64,000 nt of DNA from Bacilli bacterium (GTDB lineage: Bacteria > Bacillota_I > Bacilli_A > RF39 > UBA660): NCBI GenBank assembly GCA_017462455.1, contig JAFTRC010000048.1, positions 20,304 through 84,303 on the forward strand. The letters run 5' to 3'. This document shows, piece after piece, positions 18,678-28,238 of this stretch (its first letter is position 1; the number at the start of each line of letters is the position of its first letter). The translations under genes and the position numbers were made by a program. Under the pieces are notes generated by a model. That model worked only from the letters and a program-made list of their open reading frames with translations, was not told the DNA's origin and did no database searches.

Positions 18678-19451
18678 ATGAAAAATGCAATATATGTATG
18701 TTTAAAAAAATATTCGGACAAGCCATTATTATTTTTACAAAGTTATTGTAAAGAAAATAATATAGAAGATTATAAAGTATTTATTGAATCAGTAGATATA
18801 AGGACAGATATAAATAAAAGAGAAGAATTAAATAAATTAAAACAATGTGTAATAAATAATGAAATAAATAATGTCTATATTCATAGTTTGGAAAATATAA
18901 GTAGATATATGAGCGACAATTATGAGTTTTTAAAATTTTTTAATGATAATGATTGTAGTGTAAAAGATATAGAAGGTAGAAATCTAAATGCTGAAGTATT
19001 AAAAGAACTTCAAATGATGATAGAACTACGAGAGGAGGAATTATATATGAATAATAACGAATTAGAAACAAATAAAAAAAATCAAGATAGTGCAATGGGG
19101 ATATTTTCAGGGAATGTTGCTAATATAGGAACACCTTATGAAACAGCTAATGGTAAGAAAAGAATGAGATTTGATTTAGCACAAAATAGAAATAATGGAA
19201 CTCAATTCTTTTCAATTATAATGCCAACTAAATTAGTAGAAACTTATGGTCAAGAAATTCAAAAAGGGGACTGGTTATTTATTAAAGGAAATATTAATTC
19301 AGTACCTAAAAAAATTGAAAAAGATGGAAAGACTATAAATACAAAAGAAATGGAATTCGTTGCACAAGAAATAGAAGATAGAACACATAATAAAACATAT
19401 ATATCTGATGGACAAGTTATTGATAATTCAAAAAACGAAATGGAAAGATAA
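18678..19451 (+). CDS. Two-domain protein with C-terminal SSB-like OB fold
   Basis: C-terminal ~110 aa (GIFSGNVANIGTPYETANGKKRMRFDLAQNR…WLFIKGNI…KDGKTINTKEMEFVAQEIE) matches the SSB OB-fold pattern; the N-domain is unknown. Confidence 0.55.
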   Translation: MKNAIYVCLKKYSDKPLLFLQSYCKENNIEDYKVFIESVDIRTDINKREELNKLKQCVINNEINNVYIHSLENISRYMSDNYEFLKFFNDNDCSVKDIEGRNLNAEVLKELQMMIELREEELYMNNNELETNKKNQDSAMGIFSGNVANIGTPYETANGKKRMRFDLAQNRNNGTQFFSIIMPTKLVETYGQEIQKGDWLFIKGNINSVPKKIEKDGKTINTKEMEFVAQEIEDRTHNKTYISDGQVIDNSKNEMER

Positions 19452-19453
19452 TT

Positions 19454-19861
19454 ATGTCTTATAATGATTTAATTGCAGATTATATTATAAAACAGGGTAT
19501 AGATTTAACATCAGAATTTAATTACACAATTAATTTAGATGATCTTGAAGAAGATTTTGATAAAGAACTTTTTACTTATGTAAAAAATAATATGGACGAT
19601 ATTTTTAATTCAATATCTAGTGATGAAAGAGTCGCAGAAGTTATATTAACTGATAATAGTTTTGATATGGTTTTTTATTGGAGTCATTGTTTAGATGAAA
19701 ATGAAAAAGAAGTATTTGAAATTGCTAATTCAGAAAATATAAATCTTGAGTATGAAGAAGTAGTAGATTTAGGAATGAAACTTTGGCAATACGATAAAGA
19801 TGAAAGAGAAAAATATATTCTAGAATTATTGAACGAAAGGAGTGAAGAACTTGAAAGATGA
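19454..19861 (+). CDS. Small acidic hypothetical protein
   Basis: ATG 2 nt after the previous stop; acidic composition typical of ICE early/anti-restriction-like proteins. Confidence 0.5.
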   Translation: MSYNDLIADYIIKQGIDLTSEFNYTINLDDLEEDFDKELFTYVKNNMDDIFNSISSDERVAEVILTDNSFDMVFYWSHCLDENEKEVFEIANSENINLEYEEVVDLGMKLWQYDKDEREKYILELLNERSEELER

Positions 19862-20519
19862 TTTAAAAAAAGGTCAGGCATTTATAGGTATAGATGATAG
19901 TAAATATTATTTTTTAGGTTATGATTATGATAATCAAATAATGTTTACAAATCTAGATTTATGGACTGATAAAGAACAAAAGTATATAGTAAAAAACAAT
20001 TTGTTTATTAAAGATATATTAGATGAAAAATCTGATTTAATTGAACATTCAACTTGGTATTATCAATCAATGAGAGAATTGGAAAAGTCAACTAATCAAG
20101 AAAAAGTAAAAAGATGTTTAGACATTATATCAAATGCTAATACTGATGAGGTAGAATTAAGACCTATAAAAATAGGTCCATTAGTAAGAGGTCAAGTATA
20201 TAGTAGTGAGTTTAATCAATATTATGAAGTAATAGGATATTTAGTAGAAAATAAGATTTATATTGATAATAAGTTTAGATCCTACGAAAAAGGTTTCTTT
20301 GCAATATATCACTCTAATTGTGATGAGAATGTACCACTTATATTTGAAAGAGGTTTTAAAGACAAAGATAATAGTTTTTTAGGAAAATGTTTTATTGCAG
20401 GTAATAATGATAAAGTAGATATAAAAGATGAAATTATTTCAAAAGATTTAGTAAATGCTAATCTTGATGATGAAATAAAAAAGATTTTGGAAAATAACTC
20501 TAATGAAAGAGTTAAGTAA
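19842..20519 (+). CDS. Hypothetical protein
   Basis: GTG start after RBS AAAGGAG; overlaps the upstream gene by 20 nt. Confidence 0.5.
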   Translation: MKNLKDDLKKGQAFIGIDDSKYYFLGYDYDNQIMFTNLDLWTDKEQKYIVKNNLFIKDILDEKSDLIEHSTWYYQSMRELEKSTNQEKVKRCLDIISNANTDEVELRPIKIGPLVRGQVYSSEFNQYYEVIGYLVENKIYIDNKFRSYEKGFFAIYHSNCDENVPLIFERGFKDKDNSFLGKCFIAGNNDKVDIKDEIISKDLVNANLDDEIKKILENNSNERVK

Positions 20520-20524
20520 TAAAA

Positions 20525-20570
20525 ACCCAACATATTTTTTTATTAATGTGTTGGGTCTTTTTTTGTTTAT
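20525..20570 (+). terminator. Rho-independent terminator
   Basis: CCCAACAT…GTGTTGGG stem followed by T8. Confidence 0.65.
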
Positions 20571-20596
20571 AGAAGATTAAGGAAAGGAATGATTAT

Positions 20597-20875
20597 ATGA
20601 ATAATTTATATACGTTAGCAATCACTCAATTAGAAGGTGGCAACTATACCATAGATACGGTTTTAAATGCGATTAAGACAGTAACTGATTGGGCAATAAG
20701 TATTGGTATTGCTTTAGCAGGACTTACTTTAGTAATTGGTTTTATTGTATTCGCAGTTGTAGATGTTGAACAAAAAGTAAGAGCAAGACAAAAAATTACA
20801 CAAGTACTTTTAGGTATTGGTGGAATTGTTTTATCAATATCATTAGTTAACATTATGATAAGACTATTTGTTTAA
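20597..20875 (+). CDS. Small 2-TM membrane protein; candidate T4SS pilin-like/VirB2-like component
   Basis: Position as first gene of the T4SS block; two hydrophobic helices. Confidence 0.4.
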   Translation: MNNLYTLAITQLEGGNYTIDTVLNAIKTVTDWAISIGIALAGLTLVIGFIVFAVVDVEQKVRARQKITQVLLGIGGIVLSISLVNIMIRLFV

Positions 20876-20887
20876 TGGTGATTTATT

Positions 20888-22285
20888 ATGATGACTAAAG
20901 TATTTGATTTTTTTAAATCAATCTTATGGTATATAGTTCATTTTATTTATGATTTGATAGATAATTTATTAATGATTATTAAGAAACTTAATTCTATTGA
21001 TATTATTGATAGTTTATCAAATAATCAAGTCTTTAAAAACTTGTATACAGGAGTTATAGCTATTGCTATAACCCTGTTTGCATTATTTATAATATGGAAG
21101 TTTGTAATGAAAATATTAGATCCTGATGATGAAATAACAATTAAAATGATAGTTATGGATTCAGTTAAGTGTGGATTATTAATTTTGTTATCTACATTTT
21201 TATTTGTTCAGGTATCTAGTTTTTCAATTAAGTTAGCAAATTATACTGGTAATTTATTTGAAACGTCAACTAATGTTACAATGGCTGATAATATGCTTAC
21301 TATGTTTATTGATTATAATCCAGATTATGAGAGTAGTGATAAATTTGAAGAAAGTAAAACAATATCAGAATTAGTAAGTAGTGGTAGTTTTAATAGTGAT
21401 GAAAAATATTTAGATAAATATGTTACCAAAAATAAAATAATCTTTTCTGATGATAAAGATTATAAGTATGAAATTAATTGGATAATGGCAATATTGATAG
21501 GTGGCTTTTTCTTATATGCTTTATTCTTTGCAGGTATAATGTTAGGTCGTAGACAAATAGAATTCTTATTCTTATTTGCGATTGCGCCAGTAGTATTTGC
21601 AACGAGTGTATGTAATAAGCAAAGGCGAGGAGCAGTTATAGAACAATTAGTTTCATTAGCACTCCAAAGTGCTGTAATAATGTTAATAGTTAATTTAACT
21701 GCAATGGTTATGCAAGAGATAAATGCAACAACATTCTTTACAAATGATTTCCACGATATAATTATGAAAGCATTATTATATCTAGGTTGTGCAACATTTA
21801 TCTTAACTGGTAGTCAAGTAGTTAATAGATTTATTGGAAGTAATGTAAGTGCAAACTCTGGTAGAGAACATTTAATGGCTCTATCAGGTTATGGTAGACT
21901 TGCAAGAACAGGTGCAATAGTAGGAGGAGCAGCTGCACTTGGAGGTGGATTACTTGCAGGTGGTTTAGGAATGAAAGGTGTTAACTTTGCAAAGAATACT
22001 GCTTTAACACAGGGAGGTCTAGCAATAGGATCAATGGGAGCGGTAGATTCATCAAGTGGAGCAACTCAAAGTAGAATGCAAAAAATGGCGAGTGCTTTAG
22101 GTACAAAAATGTATGTAGCAGGTCAACAGGGATTTAATAATAGTAAATCTCGTTCTAAAGGATTTAGTGCAAGTGATATGATGATGAACATGGGCTCTAG
22201 CACAATATCAAATGCAGTTAGGACAGTAGCACCACGAGCAAGTTATAATGCTTCTTATTATAGAAGAAGAAATAATATAATGTAG
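20888..22285 (+). CDS. VirB6/TrbL-like polytopic membrane protein
   Basis: 6+ TM helices, G/A/S-rich C-terminal tail, synteny immediately upstream of VirB3/VirB4-like genes. Confidence 0.55.
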   Translation: MMTKVFDFFKSILWYIVHFIYDLIDNLLMIIKKLNSIDIIDSLSNNQVFKNLYTGVIAIAITLFALFIIWKFVMKILDPDDEITIKMIVMDSVKCGLLILLSTFLFVQVSSFSIKLANYTGNLFETSTNVTMADNMLTMFIDYNPDYESSDKFEESKTISELVSSGSFNSDEKYLDKYVTKNKIIFSDDKDYKYEINWIMAILIGGFFLYALFFAGIMLGRRQIEFLFLFAIAPVVFATSVCNKQRRGAVIEQLVSLALQSAVIMLIVNLTAMVMQEINATTFFTNDFHDIIMKALLYLGCATFILTGSQVVNRFIGSNVSANSGREHLMALSGYGRLARTGAIVGGAAALGGGLLAGGLGMKGVNFAKNTALTQGGLAIGSMGAVDSSSGATQSRMQKMASALGTKMYVAGQQGFNNSKSRSKGFSASDMMMNMGSSTISNAVRTVAPRASYNASYYRRRNNIM

Positions 22286-22296
22286 GGAGGTTATAT

Positions 22297-22605
22297 ATGT
22301 ATATAGTAGTGAATTCATTAAAGCGAAATCTTGGATTTAAAGGAATAGAAATTAATGATTTGTTAATTGGTGTTCCTATTATTTTTATATGTATAGTACT
22401 ATTTATTTTCACTACATTTAAGATAGGTGCTTTGGTACTTTTTATGATAGGTATATTTATGTTATTACCTATAAGTGTTAGTAAGAAAAATAGAATGTAT
22501 AAAGTAATCGCTTTAATGTTTAAATATTTGTTTAGAAAAAAGACTTACATATATTCAAAAGAAGATTTACAGAAAGGTAAGGTGATTAGTTTTGGAAACA
22601 AATAA
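22297..22605 (+). CDS. Small membrane protein, VirB3-like by position
   Basis: Two TM helices; immediately precedes and overlaps the VirB4-like ATPase gene. Confidence 0.45.
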   Translation: MYIVVNSLKRNLGFKGIEINDLLIGVPIIFICIVLFIFTTFKIGALVLFMIGIFMLLPISVSKKNRMYKVIALMFKYLFRKKTYIYSKEDLQKGKVISFGNK

Positions 22606-25099
22606 AAAGGAAGAAAAGAAATTAAAAAAACAAAATAAATTACTTATGAAATTCAAAAGTAAAAAAGAAAAGGGAAAGCACAAAAATAAATATATTACAA
22701 AAGGTGCTTTAAAAGAAAAAATAAAAAACTCACAAAGTTTTTTTAGTTTAGATTTTGTTGATGAGAATGGTTTAATACATTTAAAAACAGGACATTATGC
22801 AAAAGTTTTTAGTGTAGAAGCATTAGATTTATCATTAACTAGTAATGTACAAAAGAAAAATTTTTTTGAGCAATTAAAATTTTTATATCAAATTAAAGAT
22901 TTAGATTTAAGAATGTATAAGTTAGATGATATGTTGGATCTAAATGCTAACAAAGATAATTATTTAAGATTAATTGAAAAATATAAAGACGATAAAGATA
23001 AGGTTAAGTTTTTAAAAGAAAAGTATGAAAAAATATTATTACTTGAATCTGAAAACTTAAGTACAACAAGTATGTATTATTTTGTGTTAATATCTAATAA
23101 TGAAAAGATATTAGAACATCAAGCAGAAGATGTTATGATACAATGCTATAATATGACTCCTAGAATGAATATAAAGGAAATTAAAAGCAAGTTAGAAGTA
23201 TACCAGTTCTTAATTAATCTATATATGTCTAATGCAAGTATAGAACAATTATTATGGTGTGATCTTACAGAATTAATTGCACCACTACATATTAAAGAAA
23301 CACCAAGTTCATTAAAACTTGATGATGATGAAGTACAAGTGGTAGCAGTAAAAAACTTACCACCATTTGTTGATGAATTGTTTTTGGAAGAATTATTTAA
23401 TACTCCTAATACAAGATTTTGTATTCATATGAAAGACTCAATTAATACTGAAAGTGTTATAAGAAATATTGATAGTAATTATGAAACATTATTATCTGAA
23501 AGACTAACAACTAGGAAATTATCAATGGCAACCGAGATGGAAGCAGATAAAGCAAATATGCAAGAGTTAATGAATCAAGTTAAAAATGGTGATGAGAAAA
23601 TAAAAGAAGTAAATATCATTGCAGTTATTCGTGGTACTAAAGAACAACGAGAAGAAAAGTTAAAAGAAATGAAAAAAATTGCAATGGTTAATAAAATAAA
23701 ATTAGAGATACCACGATTAAGACAATATGAAAGTTGGCAGTCATTTGATATATCTTATCAAATGTTAGAAGATTATGATGTCTATATGCCGACGCTTACT
23801 TTAGCGGCTGCATTTCCTTTTACAATTTCATATTTCAATGATGAAAAAGGATATATGCTAGGAGTAGACTCTCACACAGCTTTACCATTATTCTTTGATA
23901 TGTTTAAACAAAATGATGAAAGAATATCAAGTAATCTAGCAATAGTTGCTTCTAGTGGTGGTGGAAAAAGTTTTACATTAAAAAAATTAATTGTTAATGA
24001 ATTGGCACGTGGTAATCGTGTCTTTATTTTTGATGCAGAGGGTGAATATAAAAAATTAGTAGAAAGAAATAAAGGTGAGTATATTGATTTATACTCAACT
24101 AGTGGTGGAATAATTAATCCATTACAAGTTAGATATTTACCATCAGACCAAGAAGAAAAAACTGATAAAGTAATAGAAAAAATTAATCATAATGACTGTC
24201 CACTTGCTAAACATTTAGGATCTTTAGAAACATTTTTAAAATGTGCTTTTGAAGATATTAAAGAAACTGAATTAGTAGTTATGATAGATATGATAGAACA
24301 TTTATATAGAGTATTTGGAATAACTCAAAAAACTGAAATAGCAACATTAGAAAAATTAAGTAATACTGATTATCCAACTTTTAGTGATTTAATATCTTAT
24401 CTACCTGAATATAAAAAATTAATTACTAATAAAGAAAAATTAAAAATAGTAGACAAAGTTGAAATATTATTAGATAGATTTAAAGTTGGAATTGATAATA
24501 TGTTATTTAATGGTTATACATCAGTAAACCTTAATAGCAACTTAATAGCATTTAATATTAAAGATTTGCTTTATTCAAAAAATAAAAGAATTATCACAAC
24601 TCAATTAGTAAATTTATTAACTTATCTTAATAATATAGTTGTAGCAAATCAAATAGAAAATGAAAACTATAAGACAAAAGATGATATACATTATTTATCA
24701 ATAGTAGTTGATGAAATGCACTTGTATTTAAAAAATGCAGATAGTGATGTTATGTTATCATTTGAACAATTAGCAAGAAGAATTAGAAAATATTATGGTA
24801 ATTTTATGCCAGCCACTCAAAGTATTCACGACTTTTTAGGGGATAGTGAATCAGTTAGAAGTGCAACTGCAATCTTCAATAATTGTCAGTATCAATTAGT
24901 AGGTATGCTTAAGGGTGATGATTTAAAAACATATTTAGATTTGTTTTATGAAAACCCACTTACTGAAACTCAACAAGAGTTTTTATTGAAAGCTCAAAAA
25001 GGTAATTTCCTTTTGACAGTTTCAAATAATTTAAGAATAAGGACACACGTTAAAGCAGTTCCTATGGAAATTGAATTAATGGGTGAAAGAGTTGTATGA
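22592..25099 (+). CDS. VirB4-family conjugative T4SS ATPase
   Basis: Walker A SSGGGKSFTLKKL and Walker B VVDEMH; size 835 aa; synteny. Confidence 0.85.
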   Translation: METNKKEEKKLKKQNKLLMKFKSKKEKGKHKNKYITKGALKEKIKNSQSFFSLDFVDENGLIHLKTGHYAKVFSVEALDLSLTSNVQKKNFFEQLKFLYQIKDLDLRMYKLDDMLDLNANKDNYLRLIEKYKDDKDKVKFLKEKYEKILLLESENLSTTSMYYFVLISNNEKILEHQAEDVMIQCYNMTPRMNIKEIKSKLEVYQFLINLYMSNASIEQLLWCDLTELIAPLHIKETPSSLKLDDDEVQVVAVKNLPPFVDELFLEELFNTPNTRFCIHMKDSINTESVIRNIDSNYETLLSERLTTRKLSMATEMEADKANMQELMNQVKNGDEKIKEVNIIAVIRGTKEQREEKLKEMKKIAMVNKIKLEIPRLRQYESWQSFDISYQMLEDYDVYMPTLTLAAAFPFTISYFNDEKGYMLGVDSHTALPLFFDMFKQNDERISSNLAIVASSGGGKSFTLKKLIVNELARGNRVFIFDAEGEYKKLVERNKGEYIDLYSTSGGIINPLQVRYLPSDQEEKTDKVIEKINHNDCPLAKHLGSLETFLKCAFEDIKETELVVMIDMIEHLYRVFGITQKTEIATLEKLSNTDYPTFSDLISYLPEYKKLITNKEKLKIVDKVEILLDRFKVGIDNMLFNGYTSVNLNSNLIAFNIKDLLYSKNKRIITTQLVNLLTYLNNIVVANQIENENYKTKDDIHYLSIVVDEMHLYLKNADSDVMLSFEQLARRIRKYYGNFMPATQSIHDFLGDSESVRSATAIFNNCQYQLVGMLKGDDLKTYLDLFYENPLTETQQEFLLKAQKGNFLLTVSNNLRIRTHVKAVPMEIELMGERVV

Positions 25100-25953
25100 G
25101 TTTAAAAGATAAGATATTTAATAAGGTTGCAGATTTTGTTAATAAATATAAAACACCAGATTATGATAGAATTACTAATGCTACAATAAGTGGTTTTGTA
25201 AAAGGTGCAATTGTTACAAGCGATTGCATCTATATAAAACCTATTGAAGAAAAAACGCAAAAAGGTATGATATCAATAGATAAGTTATTAGAAAATGAGT
25301 TAGGAAATAATAAATATAATACAATAACTTTTTGTGAAGAGGGTAATGTAGTATGCATAAATAATAAGAGTAAAAACTCTTACATTGAAACAGTACATGA
25401 GTGTTTTGATTTAGCGCAAGAAAATGTTTATGTAGTATGTGAAAGCAAAAACTCATTTGAAACTTTTAGAGATTTTGTAAATCAAAGTAGTAAATATCAT
25501 TTGTTTTTAGAAGATGCGGAAACTATCCCACAAAAAGAAGCATTTGATAATTTATTTAATATAAAGAAAAATGAGAACAATGATATTACAAAAATATTTG
25601 AAGAAAAAGAAGAACAAGAAATTGATCTTAATAAAAATTATGTTCAATTAGATGGTAAGGTTACAAAGATAGGAAAAGAATTTACAAAGAAAGATGGAGT
25701 AAAAGCAAGATTTATAGATGTGGAACAAAATTATGAATATAAAGGAAAAATTAAAAAGAATATAATATCAGTAATGCTTGAGGGAGATGTTTTTAATGAA
25801 TATGGTAATCAGATTAATGTTGGCGATAAAATAGGTTTAACTGGAACATTTAGTACATATACCGATAGGAATAAGCAAACACAATCTGTTATAAATAGTT
25901 TTGATTTAGAAATATTAAATCGTAATCAAAATAGAGAGGCAGAAAGAGTATGA
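25096..25953 (+). CDS. Hypothetical protein with C-terminal OB-fold (SSB-like)
   Basis: C-terminal …VQLDGKVTKIGKEFTKKDGVKARFIDVEQN…ISVMLEGDVFNEYG…GDKIGLTGTF… resembles the SSB fold. Confidence 0.45.
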   Translation: MSLKDKIFNKVADFVNKYKTPDYDRITNATISGFVKGAIVTSDCIYIKPIEEKTQKGMISIDKLLENELGNNKYNTITFCEEGNVVCINNKSKNSYIETVHECFDLAQENVYVVCESKNSFETFRDFVNQSSKYHLFLEDAETIPQKEAFDNLFNIKKNENNDITKIFEEKEEQEIDLNKNYVQLDGKVTKIGKEFTKKDGVKARFIDVEQNYEYKGKIKKNIISVMLEGDVFNEYGNQINVGDKIGLTGTFSTYTDRNKQTQSVINSFDLEILNRNQNREAERV

Positions 25954-26111
25954 CAGCATTAGAGAGATTTAAAAAATTATTTAGTGAAGAATTAGACGAT
26001 CCAAATGAATCGTTTTTATTTTTCTTATTATCTCTAATACCAAAAGAAATATTAGAAGAAGTTGTTAATAAAGGTAGCGAAGTTTTCTATGATAATATAG
26101 AAAAATATTAA
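25950..26111 (+). CDS. Small hypothetical protein (53 aa)
   Basis: ATG overlaps the preceding stop; fills the gap before the M23 peptidase gene. It is below the size cutoff of the ORF track. Confidence 0.35.
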   Translation: MTALERFKKLFSEELDDPNESFLFFLLSLIPKEILEEVVNKGSEVFYDNIEKY

Positions 26112-26112
26112 T

Positions 26113-27027
26113 ATGTTTCAAAAGAAAAAGAGCAATACATTATTAAAAATAATTTTTTCTAGTAGCATTTTGACAGCTTCTTTTTTTGTAGTAATTGCAG
26201 TATGTGTATTAATGCTTTTAAACTTTTTCGGAGCAAAGATTACCGTATCAACTATTGATTCTAATTATGAATATTCTAGTGATTATCATCAAGCATTAAA
26301 TAATAATTTTAAAAATGGTTATGTACCACTTGCAAGAATATTATATTTTTATTTAGAAGATGATACATTAACTTTTGATGAAATATATAAATTAAATATT
26401 AATAGTGAAACAAAAACTTTGAAAGATATTTCAAGTGTTTGTGAAGATAATAGAGTAAAACATTTAACTGCTTGTATGGAATCAAACATAAAAGATAATG
26501 AAGAATTTTTACAAATTGATAATCAATATTTTAATTTCCCTTTAGTAGATAGTTATACAATAACTAGTTATTATAATGAGGAAAGAATTATATATGGCGA
26601 AGCAAATAGACATAGCGGTTGGGATTTTGCATCTCCTGCTCAAACAAAAATATATTCTGTATGCAAAGGTATAGTTGAAAAAATAGTAGAAACACAAGAT
26701 GAAAATATACCTTACGATCAGAGTGGTAATAAGACAGGTAATACAATTACTATTAATTGTAATGAAGATTATGGCGAGTCTTATTATGTTGTATATGCTC
26801 ACATATATCCTAAAAGTTTTAAAGTAAAAGTTGGCGACACAGTAGACCATTTTACAGAAATAGCAGGAGTAGGAACTACTGGTCATTCAACTGGTAACCA
26901 TTTACATTATCAAGTTTATGATAAAGACTGGAACTTAATTGATGGTATGCAATTAGTAGATATGAATATAAAAAATGATGAGTATTTTAAAGATACTGGT
27001 GCATTAAAAATTGACTATTTTAACTAG
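26113..27027 (+). CDS. M23-family peptidoglycan endopeptidase (conjugation-associated cell-wall hydrolase)
   Basis: N-terminal TM; M23 motifs HSGWDF (HxxxD) and HSTGNHLHYQV (HxH). Confidence 0.8.
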   Translation: MFQKKKSNTLLKIIFSSSILTASFFVVIAVCVLMLLNFFGAKITVSTIDSNYEYSSDYHQALNNNFKNGYVPLARILYFYLEDDTLTFDEIYKLNINSETKTLKDISSVCEDNRVKHLTACMESNIKDNEEFLQIDNQYFNFPLVDSYTITSYYNEERIIYGEANRHSGWDFASPAQTKIYSVCKGIVEKIVETQDENIPYDQSGNKTGNTITINCNEDYGESYYVVYAHIYPKSFKVKVGDTVDHFTEIAGVGTTGHSTGNHLHYQVYDKDWNLIDGMQLVDMNIKNDEYFKDTGALKIDYFN

Positions 27028-27029
27028 TA

Positions 27030-27062
27030 CACCAAAATATTTTAGAGTTGGTGTTTTTTTAA
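27030..27062 (+). terminator. Terminator
   Basis: ACACCAAAAT…TTGGTGT stem followed by T7. Confidence 0.6.
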
Positions 27063-27074
27063 TGCTTGAAAAAC

Positions 27075-27290
27075 CTTTATATTTCAACAAAAAACAAAAC
27101 AAGTACACCAAAATAAAAATAAAACTACACCAATTTTGGAAAGTTCCAAAATTAAGACACCACAATTTATGCTGATTTTATAAGGCGTAAATTGGTTTTT
27201 GGTGTCATTTCTCTTATGCCCATTGTTATTGGTCTTTAAAAATAGTGGTATTTAAGGTTAATTTAATCAATTTTGGTGTACTAGAATTTT
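27075..27290. promoter_or_regulatory. Candidate origin of transfer (oriT) region
   Basis: Multiple ACACCA/TGGTGT inverted and direct repeats and the conserved core GGTGTCATTTCTCTTATGCCCAT. Sits immediately upstream of the RHH accessory and relaxase genes. A near-identical region recurs at 62830-63110. Confidence 0.5.
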
Positions 27291-27309
27291 AAAAGTTAGG
27301 AGGAAAGTG

Positions 27310-27522
27310 ATGAAGAAAATTGTAAGATCTACATTAAGATTAGATGAAAGATTAGATTTTAAAATTAAATTTATAGCGAAGCAAAATAATGTTAGCGAAA
27401 ATAAAATGAAAGAATATTTATTAGAAATAGGATTACAAACTTATTTTGAAAAGTATGATGATTATTTTAAAAGAGAGAATAAAAAAATTAGAAAGGAAGA
27501 TAAAAATGATAGCAAAGATTAG
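27310..27522 (+). CDS. Ribbon-helix-helix relaxosome accessory protein (MobC-like by position)
   Basis: ATG after AGGAGG; N-terminal RSTLRLDERLD…IAKQNNVSEN pattern typical of RHH/CopG-like proteins. Confidence 0.55.
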   Translation: MKKIVRSTLRLDERLDFKIKFIAKQNNVSENKMKEYLLEIGLQTYFEKYDDYFKRENKKIRKEDKNDSKD

Positions 27523-27928
27523 AGTATTTAATGATTATGAGATTATGAAACTTTTACAAAATCCAAATGTAATTGCTATAAGACATAAATCTCAAATAAT
27601 GTATAGTCCAGAGTTTAAATATCATTGTGTAATGCAAAGATTGGAACGTCCTGACAAAACTGCTAGAAAGATTTTTGAAGAAGCAGGTTTTGATATGGAT
27701 ATTATACACGAGAGAACTCCACAAAAAAGAATTTGTTATTGGTTAAAACAATACGAGAAGTTTGGGGAAGATTATTTCTTTAATAATAATAGTTCTACTT
27801 ATAAAGCAATTACAAAGAAACATCTAATATTAACTCGTGATTCATTGCAAGAATTAAGTGAAGTATATAACGAAGCAAAACAACTTTTGCAGGAGTTAGA
27901 AAATGAAAAGATTAACGATGACGTTTGA
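27506..27928 (+). CDS. Hypothetical protein of the mob operon
   Basis: Start refined to ATG 27506 (RBS AAAGGAAG); overlaps the upstream gene. Confidence 0.45.
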   Translation: MIAKIRVFNDYEIMKLLQNPNVIAIRHKSQIMYSPEFKYHCVMQRLERPDKTARKIFEEAGFDMDIIHERTPQKRICYWLKQYEKFGEDYFFNNNSSTYKAITKKHLILTRDSLQELSEVYNEAKQLLQELENEKINDDV

Positions 27929-28238
27929 TGATGATATATATTATCCAATTTTACAAATGGCTAATGAAAGAAATACAACATTTAGAAAAATTGTAATGGA
28001 AATTTTATGGAGTGCAATTTATAAACCAAAAGAAATACTTGATACAGAACAAATAGCTAGAGATGTGAAAGAGTGTTTACATTTATTAGATGAAGTAAAA
28101 GAAAAACAATATATACATTACAAAGTATCTTCCCAACATTTTGTTAATCACGGATATTTTACAAATGCAAATCCTAGTGAGTCAGTTAGTTATCAACAAT
28201 TAATGGAAGAATGTACAAAAAATAAATTCAATGACTAA
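27903..28238 (+). CDS. Hypothetical protein of the mob operon
   Basis: Overlapping start; coupled to the relaxase gene. Confidence 0.45.
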   Translation: MKRLTMTFDDDIYYPILQMANERNTTFRKIVMEILWSAIYKPKEILDTEQIARDVKECLHLLDEVKEKQYIHYKVSSQHFVNHGYFTNANPSESVSYQQLMEECTKNKFND

